A DNA stretch of 64,000 nucleotides, from contig CT868230.1 of assembly GCA_000165425.1 (NCBI GenBank), positions 434,001 through 498,000 of the forward strand, written 5' to 3'. Positions 1 through 11,267 of this stretch are shown here, one piece after another. Both the position numbers and the translations under genes were made by a program. How positions within the stretch are numbered: the first letter of the stretch is position 1; every line of letters begins with the position of its first letter. This DNA comes from Paramecium tetraurelia (Eukaryota). The notes below the pieces were generated by a model. That model was not told where the DNA came from, ran no database searches, and worked only from the letters and a program-made list of their open reading frames with translations.

Positions 1-988
1 ATTAATTACTACTCATCATGAAAAGTGATGATAAGTAATATGTTTCTTTAGAATTCAATTATCAATTAATACTCAGAAGCTCTATTATAATTTTAAATTA
101 AAGTAGCTTGAGTAAATAACTTAATTTCAAATTTTATCATCAAATATGGGAGTTCTCTGTTGTTATACTCTTGATTAAACTTATTTATTATCATTCTTTA
201 TCAAAAAGTTAGTCATTAAATGAGCAAAAATAATATATCATATTTTATTTTTAATTTCAATATATATTTTTAATAGTGGAAAAACAATTAAAGCAAATTA
301 AAAGTTGATAACTTGAAATATAAATATTATTTGCCTCTAATATCAAAGAATGAAAATTTGTAATTACAAATAAATTTATAAATTATATTGAACTATATAT
401 ATTTATGATAATATAATCAATTTTGTTAGAATTTGATGTTCATCCAACTTAATTTAACTGAAAGAATAATATTTCTTCATATTTTTAATATATATTTGAG
501 GTAGGAATCTGCATATATTGAAAATCAAATATTTTAATGATGGAATATTCATTTCATTCCTCATTCGTTGTATTTAAAAAAATATTGAATATAAATGCGC
601 ATCTAGTTAATTGAATTTATCTTCCTACGAAAATGTAACCATTTTGACAGAATCCTAAAAAGTGATAATGTTTGAAAATAATGAAATTTGTAAATCCTAC
701 TATAAAAATAATGAATTACACTATTAATAGAAGTATTGAAAATTCACCTTTTATAAAATGCCAAGATTTCAGAGGAAGCTTCAAATATTCCCAAAATAAT
801 TGAAGACTTGATTAAGTGTAATCTTTGGCTAATGCGAAACTTATCATTTGAATTGCCATTGCTTTATAATATCCTAAAGATTAAGGGTTTATAAATACAA
901 ACAAATAGAAAGAGCATCGGTTCTCTTTATAATAAATTATTAAAAATATATAATAATAATAATTCTGATTATTAGATTAAAATTTAAA

Positions 989-1894
989 TCAAATAACAGA
1001 CAACTATAAAATTTTCAAGTGTTATATTTAGTAAGACAAATTCATAGATCGGTATTGAGGTTTCCTTTCATAAGGAGGATCTATAAACCATGGTGCTAAA
1101 GAATCCTGTGACATTTGATCAAAATCAATATTAGTTTCAGAAAGTTCATCTTCAAACTCATTGTGATTCCCATTTAGCATAGCTTGATATTCCTCTAGAC
1201 ATTTATTATAAAACTTTCTATACTGTTTCCAGCAATGGTGAATTAAATTTTCATTAATTTCTTAATTCAAGGGTTCTACCTCATAGAGCATTTTATTAAT
1301 TAAATTTGGTGCAATATATCGATGTTATTTAGTTTAATGTATTACAAAATTGGTAGTGGTGTCATTAGTTTAATAAAATTCAATATTTAGATCCTTTTTA
1401 GACTTTGATTCAAGTTTCATAGTCTTTTTGAGTTATTTCATTCCACTCAAAATTTATTGTATATTTCTAAAATCGACATTTTTTTCGTGAATGATTTTGC
1501 ATTAATATAAGTTATATTTCGATTATGGAGGCTTTATGTTGTATTCTAGAATTCAATTGTTATTTAAGATACTTTTAAATGCTTCGTCTTCAAGGAGGAT
1601 TCCATTTTTATTGCAATGTTTCAAATAATCATATATATCGTTGAAACCAAGTGACTCTAGATGCTTGATAAAGAGGAATTCATTTTGAATACAGCTTTTG
1701 TAAATAGGGTCTGAGAATAATTGATCATAGAGGGATTTATTTAATGGGCAATTTTTTCGTTTCCTCAAAATCCTTTCAGTAAGTCCATCAAGCGGTTTGT
1801 ACTATTATGAGTCCTCTACTAGTTCTTATTGAGAATCGGTGAGATCTATTATATTACCGGGAAAATTATAATCTTGCTTAAAAGCTTATTCCAT
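989..1894 (-). CDS. Hypothetical protein (~290 aa), one intron
   Basis: ATG at 1894 (MEQAFKQDYNFPG...). Open in ciliate code after removing a 27-nt GT-AG intron (1546-1572) that carries an in-frame TGA; ends ...LQLSVI-TGA at 989. No family recognised. Confidence 0.65.
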
Positions 1895-1947
1895 TTATTT
1901 GAGTATTAAATAATTATTTTAATTGTATATACGTTTAAAATTATAAT

Positions 1948-3737
1948 TCACTTCTAGTTTGATATTTATTAATTTATGTGAACAGGTTTGATTGTAACAG
2001 GATTATTATTATTGTTATTATTGTTAGTGTTATTATTATTGTTATTATTATTATTATTATTGTTATTATTTTAATTATTGTTATTATTATTAGATTATTA
2101 TTATCTTTCTGCTGTCATTTCATTTCCAGCATTCTTCAAGTTTTCTACAATGTCTTCCAGATTAGGTAATGGTTTCAATTCCTAAGTAATTAGATTAGTA
2201 ATTTTTAATTCTTTCAAAAGAAATTTGGAGATAACTCTAACTGATTTCCAAGCATAATCCTTCAAATTCTTACATCTTTCATTGTCAGCAATTTTACGAT
2301 TCTGATCTAATTAATAAAACACTTCATTTAAATAATAATTTAACCCTGGTTCAATAGGATTAGTTTCTATTTTGTAAGGTCTTCCTTAATCTTGTAAAAT
2401 TTGTTAAAATGTGTCTGTCTATTTATATTTGAGGTCATCATAAATTCGCTTCTGTATTTCTTATCTTTTCTTTTTTGCTTTCTCAGAGGCTTTAATACTT
2501 AGTTTTTCATAGCCATCATCAAAGCATTGTTTTTCTGTCACCCAAAGTCGCTGAGATATTACAATAGAATACCCAAGTTCGTTCTGTATCAATTAAATGT
2601 TGAACCTTCTCTCCTAATTTATCTCCTAATTCATCTAATTATTTTTGTACTTCAATTTTCAAATTCTATATGAATTATTTCTAAATTATAACAGGATTTC
2701 TATACTTCATGATTCTCAAGTTCAGCTACAAAAATAAACAATAAAACTTAATTCAAGAACAACTTTCTAAAGTAAGGATCATTTAATTAATTCTTGAATA
2801 AAGAATATTTTGTAAGGAATTTAGGAAATCTTTTCACTGTTATGATTTCAGGTTCTAAAGGATTTTCTTTGAAATATTGCAAAGCTCTCATTATGACTTT
2901 TATCACAGCCTACAGGTTTTTTGTTCTTTGAGGTTCAGAGACTCCTTGAGTTACTTATCCAGCTTCTTCGCCAATGTCATCAAACTCCACTTTGTTTTTG
3001 AATATTAATTCAGAATTATTTAGATATTTTTGTAAAGTCCAAAAATTTTTATAAAAGGAATACGGCAATGAGGCATTCACTTTGACTGATTCTTCATCAA
3101 ATCCTCTATCCCTTATATTGATTGGCTTCTTCCTCAAGGATGGATGTATTGTTGAGAATATTTGGGTCAAGAATATTTAAACTTATCCTCTCAAAAAAGT
3201 GTCATGGGTTGTTGACAGTCGTTTGAGCATCGAATTGCAAATTCTCAGTAAAACATATTTGTTCTCGTCTTGGAATTTCGATATTGTGGATATCTAACTA
3301 TATAAATTGTTAAAGTAATCGTAAAGTTCCGAAAGAGACAAACATTCATAGATATCTTCACTAAAAGCTTAAATTAGTTATAGGTTTTACTAAGAGGATA
3401 GGACTTGAGCTCTGGGACTTCCTTGCTTATTGAATAAGATAATTCTGCCAAAAAAATATTTACTTTTAAAAGTTCTAATAGGTCTTCATCTAGAACCTTT
3501 TTACAAGTCAATTTCTAGAGATATACCCATAGCCTTACCAATTTTTGATGCAAATAGTCTCTACAGTTCTTTAGGAAAGCTTAATAAAATGGTTACAATT
3601 AATCCGCAGATTCTTCCTCATGCAGCTTTTACAGTTTTTGCTTTATTATTTCAGTGTGTCTCGCTTTGAAATTTAAAATGTACGACTATGAAATACTCAA
3701 ACAATACTTCAATCTCCATTTGTTTAAATTCACTCAT
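1948..3737 (-). CDS. THOC1: THO complex subunit 1 (Hpr1/THOC1) with a C-terminal poly-Gln tail
   Basis: Spliced translation has THOC1-like blocks LLRICNSMLKRLSTTHDTFLRGQVQIFL, FYKNFWTLQKYLNN, FPKFLTKYSLFKNQLNDPYFRK and PGLNYYLNEVFYQLD...YAWKSVRVIS. Introns are 22-23 nt; TGA at 1948-1950. Confidence 0.8.
2002..2092 (-). repeat. Imperfect (TAA/CAA)n trinucleotide repeat encoding poly-Gln in THOC1
   Basis: Run of tta/ttg on the + strand; on the - strand it is TAA/CAA codons in frame with THOC1. Confidence 0.85.
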
Positions 3738-3871
3738 GTTAAAAATGTTTAATTATAGCTAAAATCAATGATTAACATCTTAATTGAGTAATAATCAATG
3801 AAATATTGAAGAAATTGCCACTGATTTCAGCTATAATGAAAAATAAATTTTTATATTTTTCTAATATTAAA

Positions 3872-6491
3872 TCATCTACGACCGAAATGGCCATCTCCAG
3901 CATATCCAAACTCATCCTGTTAGGCCAAAATCTTTTTGTTCTTTGGATTCGGATTCTCCGCACTTTGTTATCTTTTATTCCATTGGGCCAAAGCCTTGTG
4001 CTTAGTAACAGGATTCTCCCTATCATAATCAGTATCAAAGCTTGCACTCCCTTCAGCATAAGGTTTTATCTAAATAAGCCAAGAATTATACTTCCTCGTT
4101 GTTTTCAACTGGGAAAAGATACTCGGATATATCCTCCATAGGCAATTACTAGTATAATATTGCCAATACGATAAGTAGAATATCTATTTTGCTGACTTCT
4201 TTGAAAAATGTGTAAGTCATGATCATTTCTCCAAAAGCACACCAGGCAATAATATATTCTAACATTTCAATCATTTCTAATAATCAATCATCATGTGTAC
4301 CTGTAGAGAGCTATATACTTATAGATTCCTTAACAGTTCTCCTTCTCAATATGTTATAGTAGTCAACGAAATAGTAGATTAGAATTCCGAACGCACTGAA
4401 TAAAGTGCCTAAAGGTATTGCTGTGCCATACATAAATGTAAACCACATAGTTTTCATAACATCCGAATATCGTTTTGCAGAGAGATAGTCTGGCTCCTCC
4501 ATTAATTTGTTTGCCTCTTATTGAGTTAAAAGTGCTTTGTCACCCTTTGACATTATGTATTTTCTCCAAATGTTCTTGCATAAACTCCATGGATCCACAC
4601 ACCAAATGAATGGAGGGAAGATAGCATTAAGCACAAAGATTTGACTTTCATTTTAGATGAAACCTCCAGCTCCCTTGACATTCTTTAGTATTACAATGTC
4701 CACCAAAAAACTGATAATGGCTGCATTTAAAAACAATGCTAATGCATATTTATAAACGAAAGATATTTAAAATTTTGTTTTATTTGATATTTTTTCATCG
4801 TCAACAATATAATGAACTATTTTAGCGACTCCAAATTTATTGAATAATACTATTGTCATTGAAATACTAAATGACATGATATTAATTTTCCTTTTAGTAT
4901 CTTCATCCAACTTTCCTTTCAACTCTTCTTCATGAGCCTCATCACCCAATAAAGCTAATCTATGAGATATTAAGTAAATAATGAAAAAGGCAGCACTTTC
5001 AAATAGAATGTAATATACCCAAGCTCTCACTCTTTTAAATATCTTCTCACTAGTAGTAATATGAATAAATTCCCAATCTACATCATTTGGTTCAGGTGCC
5101 TGTTCTAAAAATAGTTTTTATCCATTCCACTACAAATCATTATTTGTGAGGCTTCTTAATTTGCCTCTATTTACATGAGATCGCATTCTTTCCCATTAAG
5201 TATGAGGATTGTCTTATAACACCAATTACTTCATAGATTCATCGTCAAAAGATATGAAGGCTATTCCTGCAAAGTTTGTGTTATGAGTTTCATATTCCTC
5301 CTCTATTTTATGGATTTGATGCTCCAAATGTTCTATTTCTTCATCAATCTTTTACACACTTTCATGATGAAAGTTAAAATTACTTTATTTAATAGCATCC
5401 TTCTTTGATTACAATAAATCATCTAATTTCTTTTCAAGTACTATTATTTCTTCTATATCATAAACTAAAACCACTTTTCTGACAATAATTTATTTAGTTG
5501 AATCCAAAACAGAATAATTTTCAAATAAATTCTTAAGTTCATATTTATAATCCACACTCAAACCTGTAGGGATATTCTTAACACATATGGTATAATCTGC
5601 AGGAGTCAATTGTTCTTCATCAATAGTAGTATCTATTTATCTTTGACTTTTTCTGAAATAAATGAGAACAAACATAATTATGAAAATACTGATGAAATTT
5701 AAGACTTGCATCATTTCAAGAGCTTCTCGATTGCTATTTTAGGTATTTTAATTACTCAAGTTTATTTGCCAAAGATAATTGTAAGAATATGCTATCAGGA
5801 CAATATGGCTCTTCGATTATATGTCCTTCCATCTTCTCTCTTTTTATGTGACTACAATACGAACCATTAAAGTTCGTGTACAAATTATGTAGTTACTTTA
5901 CCAAGAGTTATATGAAGAGGATAATTATGCAATATTTCAAGTAATTATAAAACAATGTAAATCCTGAACCTAAAAAGGATAAAGCCATAGGATCTGAACA
6001 ATAAGGAATATCCTCTCTGTCTACTTCAAATCCACAGCAAGGACACGTTTCAACTAAATTATTCATGATCCTAAACTACTTTATAATGTTTTCATCGGGT
6101 CCTTCTTTTTTTCCCATGCCGTCCGCCTTGACAATGCATGCTTTCTTGCTATTTCCCAATCACAAGGCATTTACAAAGGGTTGTAATGGCCCTCGTGATG
6201 ATCATGACTCGTATTGTGAATCTAGTGATCTCCATCCTAATGACCATGATTAGAATGTTGGTGATGAGACTGATCATTGTGCAAATGTTAGTGTTGAGAA
6301 TGCTATATTAATAGTATATATAATATACATCTGGTTGCTTTTCTATTTCAGGATGTGATTATTATAATTACTAAATTAGTCTTACAAAAATATACTTAGG
6401 ATTAATAACCTTAACCATGTGCTCCTTAGCCATGCTAATCAACTTGATCATCCTTGTGAGACTAATGCTATTTATTAGTTGATTAATTCAT
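3872..6491 (-). CDS. OSCA/TMEM63 (CSC1)-like multi-pass membrane channel, copy 1, with His-rich N-terminus
   Basis: Contains TPADYTICVKNIP, AGIAFISF, EQAPEPNDVDWE, multiple TM helices, KRYSDVMKTMWFTFMYGTAIPLG...YFVDYYNILRR and C-terminal DYDRENPVT. TGA at 3872. Confidence 0.75.
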
Positions 6492-7018
6492 TGTTATTAG
6501 ATTAATTTTATTGACAGATATACATATATTAAATGTTTCGAATCAGTAATTTAAAGATCTCTACACCAATCATTCAATCAAGTTTAGAAACTAACCGAAG
6601 CAATTGTACATGAATCCAATTAAGTTTAAGGCTATCCACCTTTTAGATGCTCTTAGGGATCATAAAAGAGATGGTTAAAATAAGTTGTTATAATATTATT
6701 TTGAATTTAATAATTTCTTGGTAAATTGAAAATTAAATTACATTAAGTAATTTTCTGATTATTCAACTAATAGGCTCGTTTTTTTGGATAAATGGAAATC
6801 TTTAGAAGAAACAAAGACAATTTTCTAGTTTTTGTTCAATTAAATTAATTATGTATCATAATTAAATTGAAATTTAAAGAATAAATGTAAAGTCGTCTAT
6901 TTATTCAAAAATAGTACATCTAATTTAATAATCGACAAAATCCAATCGCAATTCTTAGATAAATTTGGAAGGGAGGGGATAATTACTATTAAATTTAATT
7001 AAATAATAATATTTATAA

Positions 7019-8476
7019 ATGTAGTAGGAGTTCAAGTTGCCCATAAAAGATTATATAACTCTATGCTAAATATTAGAATAAATCACAAAAAGTCAAGAAA
7101 TTTCAACTTCAAGAGCATACCTTCATGTTTGAAGACAATTACTCACCAGTTGAAATTAGTATGATTATCTCATATTGTATAGTCGGAAGTGGTGCTTATG
7201 GATGTGTTATTTAAGCAGATGATAAGAATGCCAAGGTTGAGAAGGACAGATAAGTTGCTATAAAGAAAATTGAAAGAGCATTCGAACATAGATTGTATGC
7301 GAAAAGAACACTTAGGGAATTAAAGATTCTAAGATTAATGAAACACGAGAATGTATTATCATGAAAGTGACATAGATTGTGGAATTAAAAACCTTGCTTC
7401 TTCCAAAATCAAGAGAAGAATTTGAAGATGTTTATATGGTCACTGAATTATTAGAAACAGATCTGGCTTAAGTGATCAAGAGCGATCAGGTTTTGACTGA
7501 CGAACACATCTAATTATTCCTGTATTAAATTTTAAGAGGATTGAAATATCTACATACTGCAGGAATATTGCATAGAGATTTAGTATCTATTTGTTGTTAA
7601 ATCAAATTAGAAACCCAGAAATTTATTATTAAATAGAAACTGCGATTTAAAAATCTGTGATTTTGGATTAGGCAGAGCCATGGCTGATCCTTCCTCTTCA
7701 AACAACGCCAACATCATGACTTATTATGTGGAAACAAGATGGTATCGAGCTCCAGAGTTGCTTGTGAGTTTCAAGAATTATACTCCTGCAGTTGACATGT
7801 GGTCAGTCGGATGCATTTTGGCTGAATTGCTATTGAGGAAACCTTTCTTAAGAGGAGATTCCAGTAATTTTTCATTTTAAATTAATTAAGCTAAAAGACA
7901 AGTCAAGTTAATATTTGAATTGTTGGGAACACCAAACGAAGCATACATCCAATCATTCTAAGATGAAAAGGTTTAGAACAATCTCAGAAAGGTAATTAAA
8001 GAAACTGGGCCAAAACAAGGTATCCCTTTAGAGCAGTTGTTTAAAAATGCCTCTAAAAATGGTAATTAAGCATTGTTATTTTTTAAGCATTGGATTTATT
8101 AAGGAAATTCTTGACTTTCGACTATAGATAAAGAATCACAGTTCAACAGGCCTTAGAACATCCTTATTTGGCTTAATTACACTTTGAAGCGGATGAACCA
8201 AGTGCTTAGCTCGTTAATCAATTAGAATTCGAATTTGAAAAGTATGAAATGACTAGGGAATAAATTAAAGGTAAACCTTAAAGTTAATTTAGATCTTCTT
8301 TATGAGGAAATACTTTTGTATCATTTCCCCGAATTCTAAACATCATATGAGGCAAAGAAGAAGTCTGGATAGAGTTTGATATCTCATGTAGTCAATAATG
8401 AAAACGCAAAAATTGTATATAAGTTATTTAATTAAAGTTTGATCCCACAGCTGATGATGATTTAGATAGGGATTGA
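7019..8476 (+). CDS. Mitogen-activated protein kinase (ERK-like) with T-Y-Y activation loop
   Basis: [35 protein letters not shown] and [14 protein letters not shown]. Several tiny introns; TGA at 8474-8476. The start is uncertain (7019 or 7125). Confidence 0.93.
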
Positions 8477-8495
8477 ATATAATATTATGATAAAT

Positions 8496-9460
8496 TCAAT
8501 ATTATGGTAAATTAGTTGTATGAAATCTATTCACATAACCCATATCTGTTTTAATTAATGCTGTGGGTAATCCAGTCTAGATTTCCTATTATTATTGCAT
8601 GTACTCGAGTCTTTCCCTATACTTTGTTTTCATTTCTTAATTTTTTTATTAGTAATCCTTCTTTCTACTCATAGTTTGATAGGACCTATAGATATATAAT
8701 AGGGGATGAATACTCTCTTTGGATAGAGACATTAACTCTTATTTTGATGTCCCCTGAACTCTCTGTGTCAATAGGAAATCTATTCAAAACTTTGGGTTAA
8801 TTTTGTTTGTCAAAATAGAAAGCATTGGAAATGGAATCTAAGTCTTTGACTTTGGTGCCTCCTCCCAAGAAGAATTCATAAACTCTTGTGTAAAGATCAT
8901 CGTTAGGTCTATAGGTTTTCATTGTAATTTCATGAAATCCTGGAGTATGAGGGATTTCAATGAATCCATACCCCTAAATGTAATTTCTTTCCCAAGAGTC
9001 CATTGAACTCACTTGCACAAGAAGTTGAGGAAATTTGCCAAAATTCAATTCGTTTTCGTCTACTTATAATTGTAAGTCAAAGGGAAAGCAAAAATGAGCC
9101 TTAGCTGTAATAGTGCCATCATCATTTTTAATTGTATTGACTTTCGATTATTGCGTAATAGACTATCTGATATATATTAGCAGTGAATAAGTACATTCTA
9201 TTCCATTCTTCTAATTATATATCTTCGTATTCTTTTTAATCGAGCTCCAATAACTCATTATCATCTAAATCCCATCCAGGAGGGATTTTGAATTTCCATT
9301 ATAGAAAAATTTAGCTATTATCAAAATTGGAAGCCTCCAAGATTTCGCCAAAAATGTTCACACATGCATGTCTATTGTCCTCTAATTGGGTATGGAATCC
9401 TTATCCTACAAGATTGGATTTGTATTCCAGTTATTTTTTCAAATAATCTTTATTATTCAT
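8496..9460 (-). CDS. MKS1: B9/C2-domain ciliary transition-zone protein, MKS1-like (short, ~300 aa)
   Basis: VNIFGEILEASNFD, AHFCFPFDLQL, PQLLVQVSSMDSWERNYIQGYGFIEIPHTPGFHEITMKTYRP, EFFLGG and LNRFPIDTESSGDIKIRVNV match the MKS1 B9 domain. Confidence 0.75.
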
Positions 9461-9471
9461 TAATTATTTTA

Positions 9472-10319
9472 ATGGAAGACTTTGTACCGTCATTGAATAG
9501 TTTAGTCAAATATTCCACACCTGTTTTGGTGTCAGTAGCTGGAAAAAACACTGGTATGAGTTAATGGATAACAAATAGGGGAAAAAAAGGATGCCTAAGC
9601 TAAGCAATAAGTTAGAGTCAATAGTCCTGGAAGAGTACAATTTTAAAAAAATTATGACAGCAAGAGAAAATGATCACCTAAGAAATTTTACAATAAAATC
9701 TACCACCCAAAGAATACAGATTGAAAAATGGACAATTGTGGGTGCAAACTGTTTTATCTACTCCTGCCACCAGAATCGAAGTTGTCTAATTATAACAGGA
9801 ATTGGACAAAAGGTTGTTGTCAAGAGGAGCCAGAGAAACTGGAATTTGTCCCATTAGAGAAGAGTTATACGAATAATGTTTTGATGAATTGATTCGCTAA
9901 ATTACAATCGATTGCAGTCAGAGAGGATTACTGTTGGTGAAGTATGTCTACAATTTTAATTACTTTTGAGTTCGAAACGAATTCCGTAATCAATTGAATT
10001 CATACAAAACCTTATATGAGAGTTCCATTGCATACGGTATGAGAAAAATGATAGATGCTGAATAAAAGAGGACAGACAAATCAAACAAAATCATGTTTAT
10101 GGATAGAGAGTGTTAAGAGTTATAGAAGGCAGTTGAAGATTTGGAGTAGAAAATTTAATATACAAAAAAAGTTGAAACTGAGAAATTATAAAAAGTAACT
10201 ATTTTAAATGTTCTAATTATTAGGAAGCAGAAAACCATAAAAATGAAATCGAAAAAATCAGAGCATACAATAACTCTCTAAAGGATGAATTAGGCAGATT
10301 ATTAGAAGGCAGAAGATGA
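9472..10319 (+). CDS. DNALI1: Axonemal inner-arm dynein light intermediate chain p28
   Basis: SLVKYSTPVLVS...LPPKEY...LWVQTVLSTPATRIEVVQLQQELDKRL..RGARETGICPIREELYEQCFDELIRQITIDC..RGLLL...YKTLYESSIAYGMRK. Confidence 0.92.
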
Positions 10320-10706
10320 CTAAGATATAATATATATATATATATAATAAATCGATATATAAATATTTTATATCACTATAAATTAGAATAAATCAAATGA
10401 TTATTTCGAATTTAAATTTTCTTTTTGATGATCCAAAGGGATTCTAGAAAATTCATTAGATTTAAATTCCAATTATACAATCTATATAAATTGAATATTT
10501 TAACATACCCATCAAAGTTGTCTTATTTGATTGATAGGAACAAAGAATTTTTGAGAAGTATTTAAATAAAAAGCTCTTAAAAATGAATGCCAATAGAAAA
10601 AGTATCTTGTTAATAATTAGAATTATAAACATCAACCTAATGTACACATGTTGTATAAACATCGTGATTAGGGTGTTTTGAAATAATAGATAATATATAT
10701 ATATCA

Positions 10707-11245
10707 TCAAAGGAACTTAGGGCAAGGTATTTCCTAACATTTGGGGCCTGCAATGAAATTACTCATCGCATAGGTCTCTTGGTCACTGAATTTTCGTGAT
10801 TTCTTTCTGCTTTTGGTCTAAGAAATCACTTATATCAGATCTCCATTTAGGACTACCTGCAACTCACCACATGGTTCTTTTCCTTTTGGGCAGTAATACA
10901 CAGGACTTAAATTTTCTAATTTTTGACTGCTATCAGTCGAACAGTTAGAATCAATATTTAATTCCTCGATGTTAGTGAGTGGGTTCTAAAACAATTTAAA
11001 AGTAGAATTACCTTGTATTTCGAAGGGGGAGTGATGTAGTATGATTACCGTTCCTTATTCTTTGGAACAAAGAGACACTTAGAGCTGTTGTATTTCTAAG
11101 ACTGTTTCGATACTCGGGTTTTGTTACTGCTCACTAGTTTACTTTAAGTTTTTAACTTACTTTTTCGATTCTGGGGAAGACTTTTGTTTTTAAAAAGCTG
11201 GTAAAGGCTTTTTTTTAAATTTTTATTTAATTATTATTATAACAT
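10707..11245 (-). CDS. Small disordered protein with a C-terminal Edc1/PNRC2-like motif; apparent 1-nt frame discrepancy near the start
   Basis: Frame KKPLPAFQ...(26-nt intron)...RKFSDQETYAMSNFIAGPKCQEIPCPKFL-TGA. The ATG at 11245 is out of frame by one base at an A8 run. Confidence 0.6.
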
Positions 11246-11267
11246 GGCCAGCTAGTTTAATAAATAT

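Noticed and set aside
1..950. Possible small - strand membrane-protein gene or subtelomeric sequence
   Set aside because: No consistent exon chain could be built and there are no telomeric C4A2/C3A3 repeats.
1978..2169. 63-aa poly-Ile ORF on + strand resembling a TM peptide
   Set aside because: It is the antisense of the THOC1 poly-Gln (TAA/CAA) tract.
3430..4141. ORF-track entries 3430-3669, 3772-4059 and 3806-4141
   Set aside because: These are antisense or off-frame shadows of THOC1 and the OSCA-like gene.
10370..10700. Possible small - strand gene with a 27-nt intron-like segment
   Set aside because: Start and frame are ambiguous and there is no recognisable motif.
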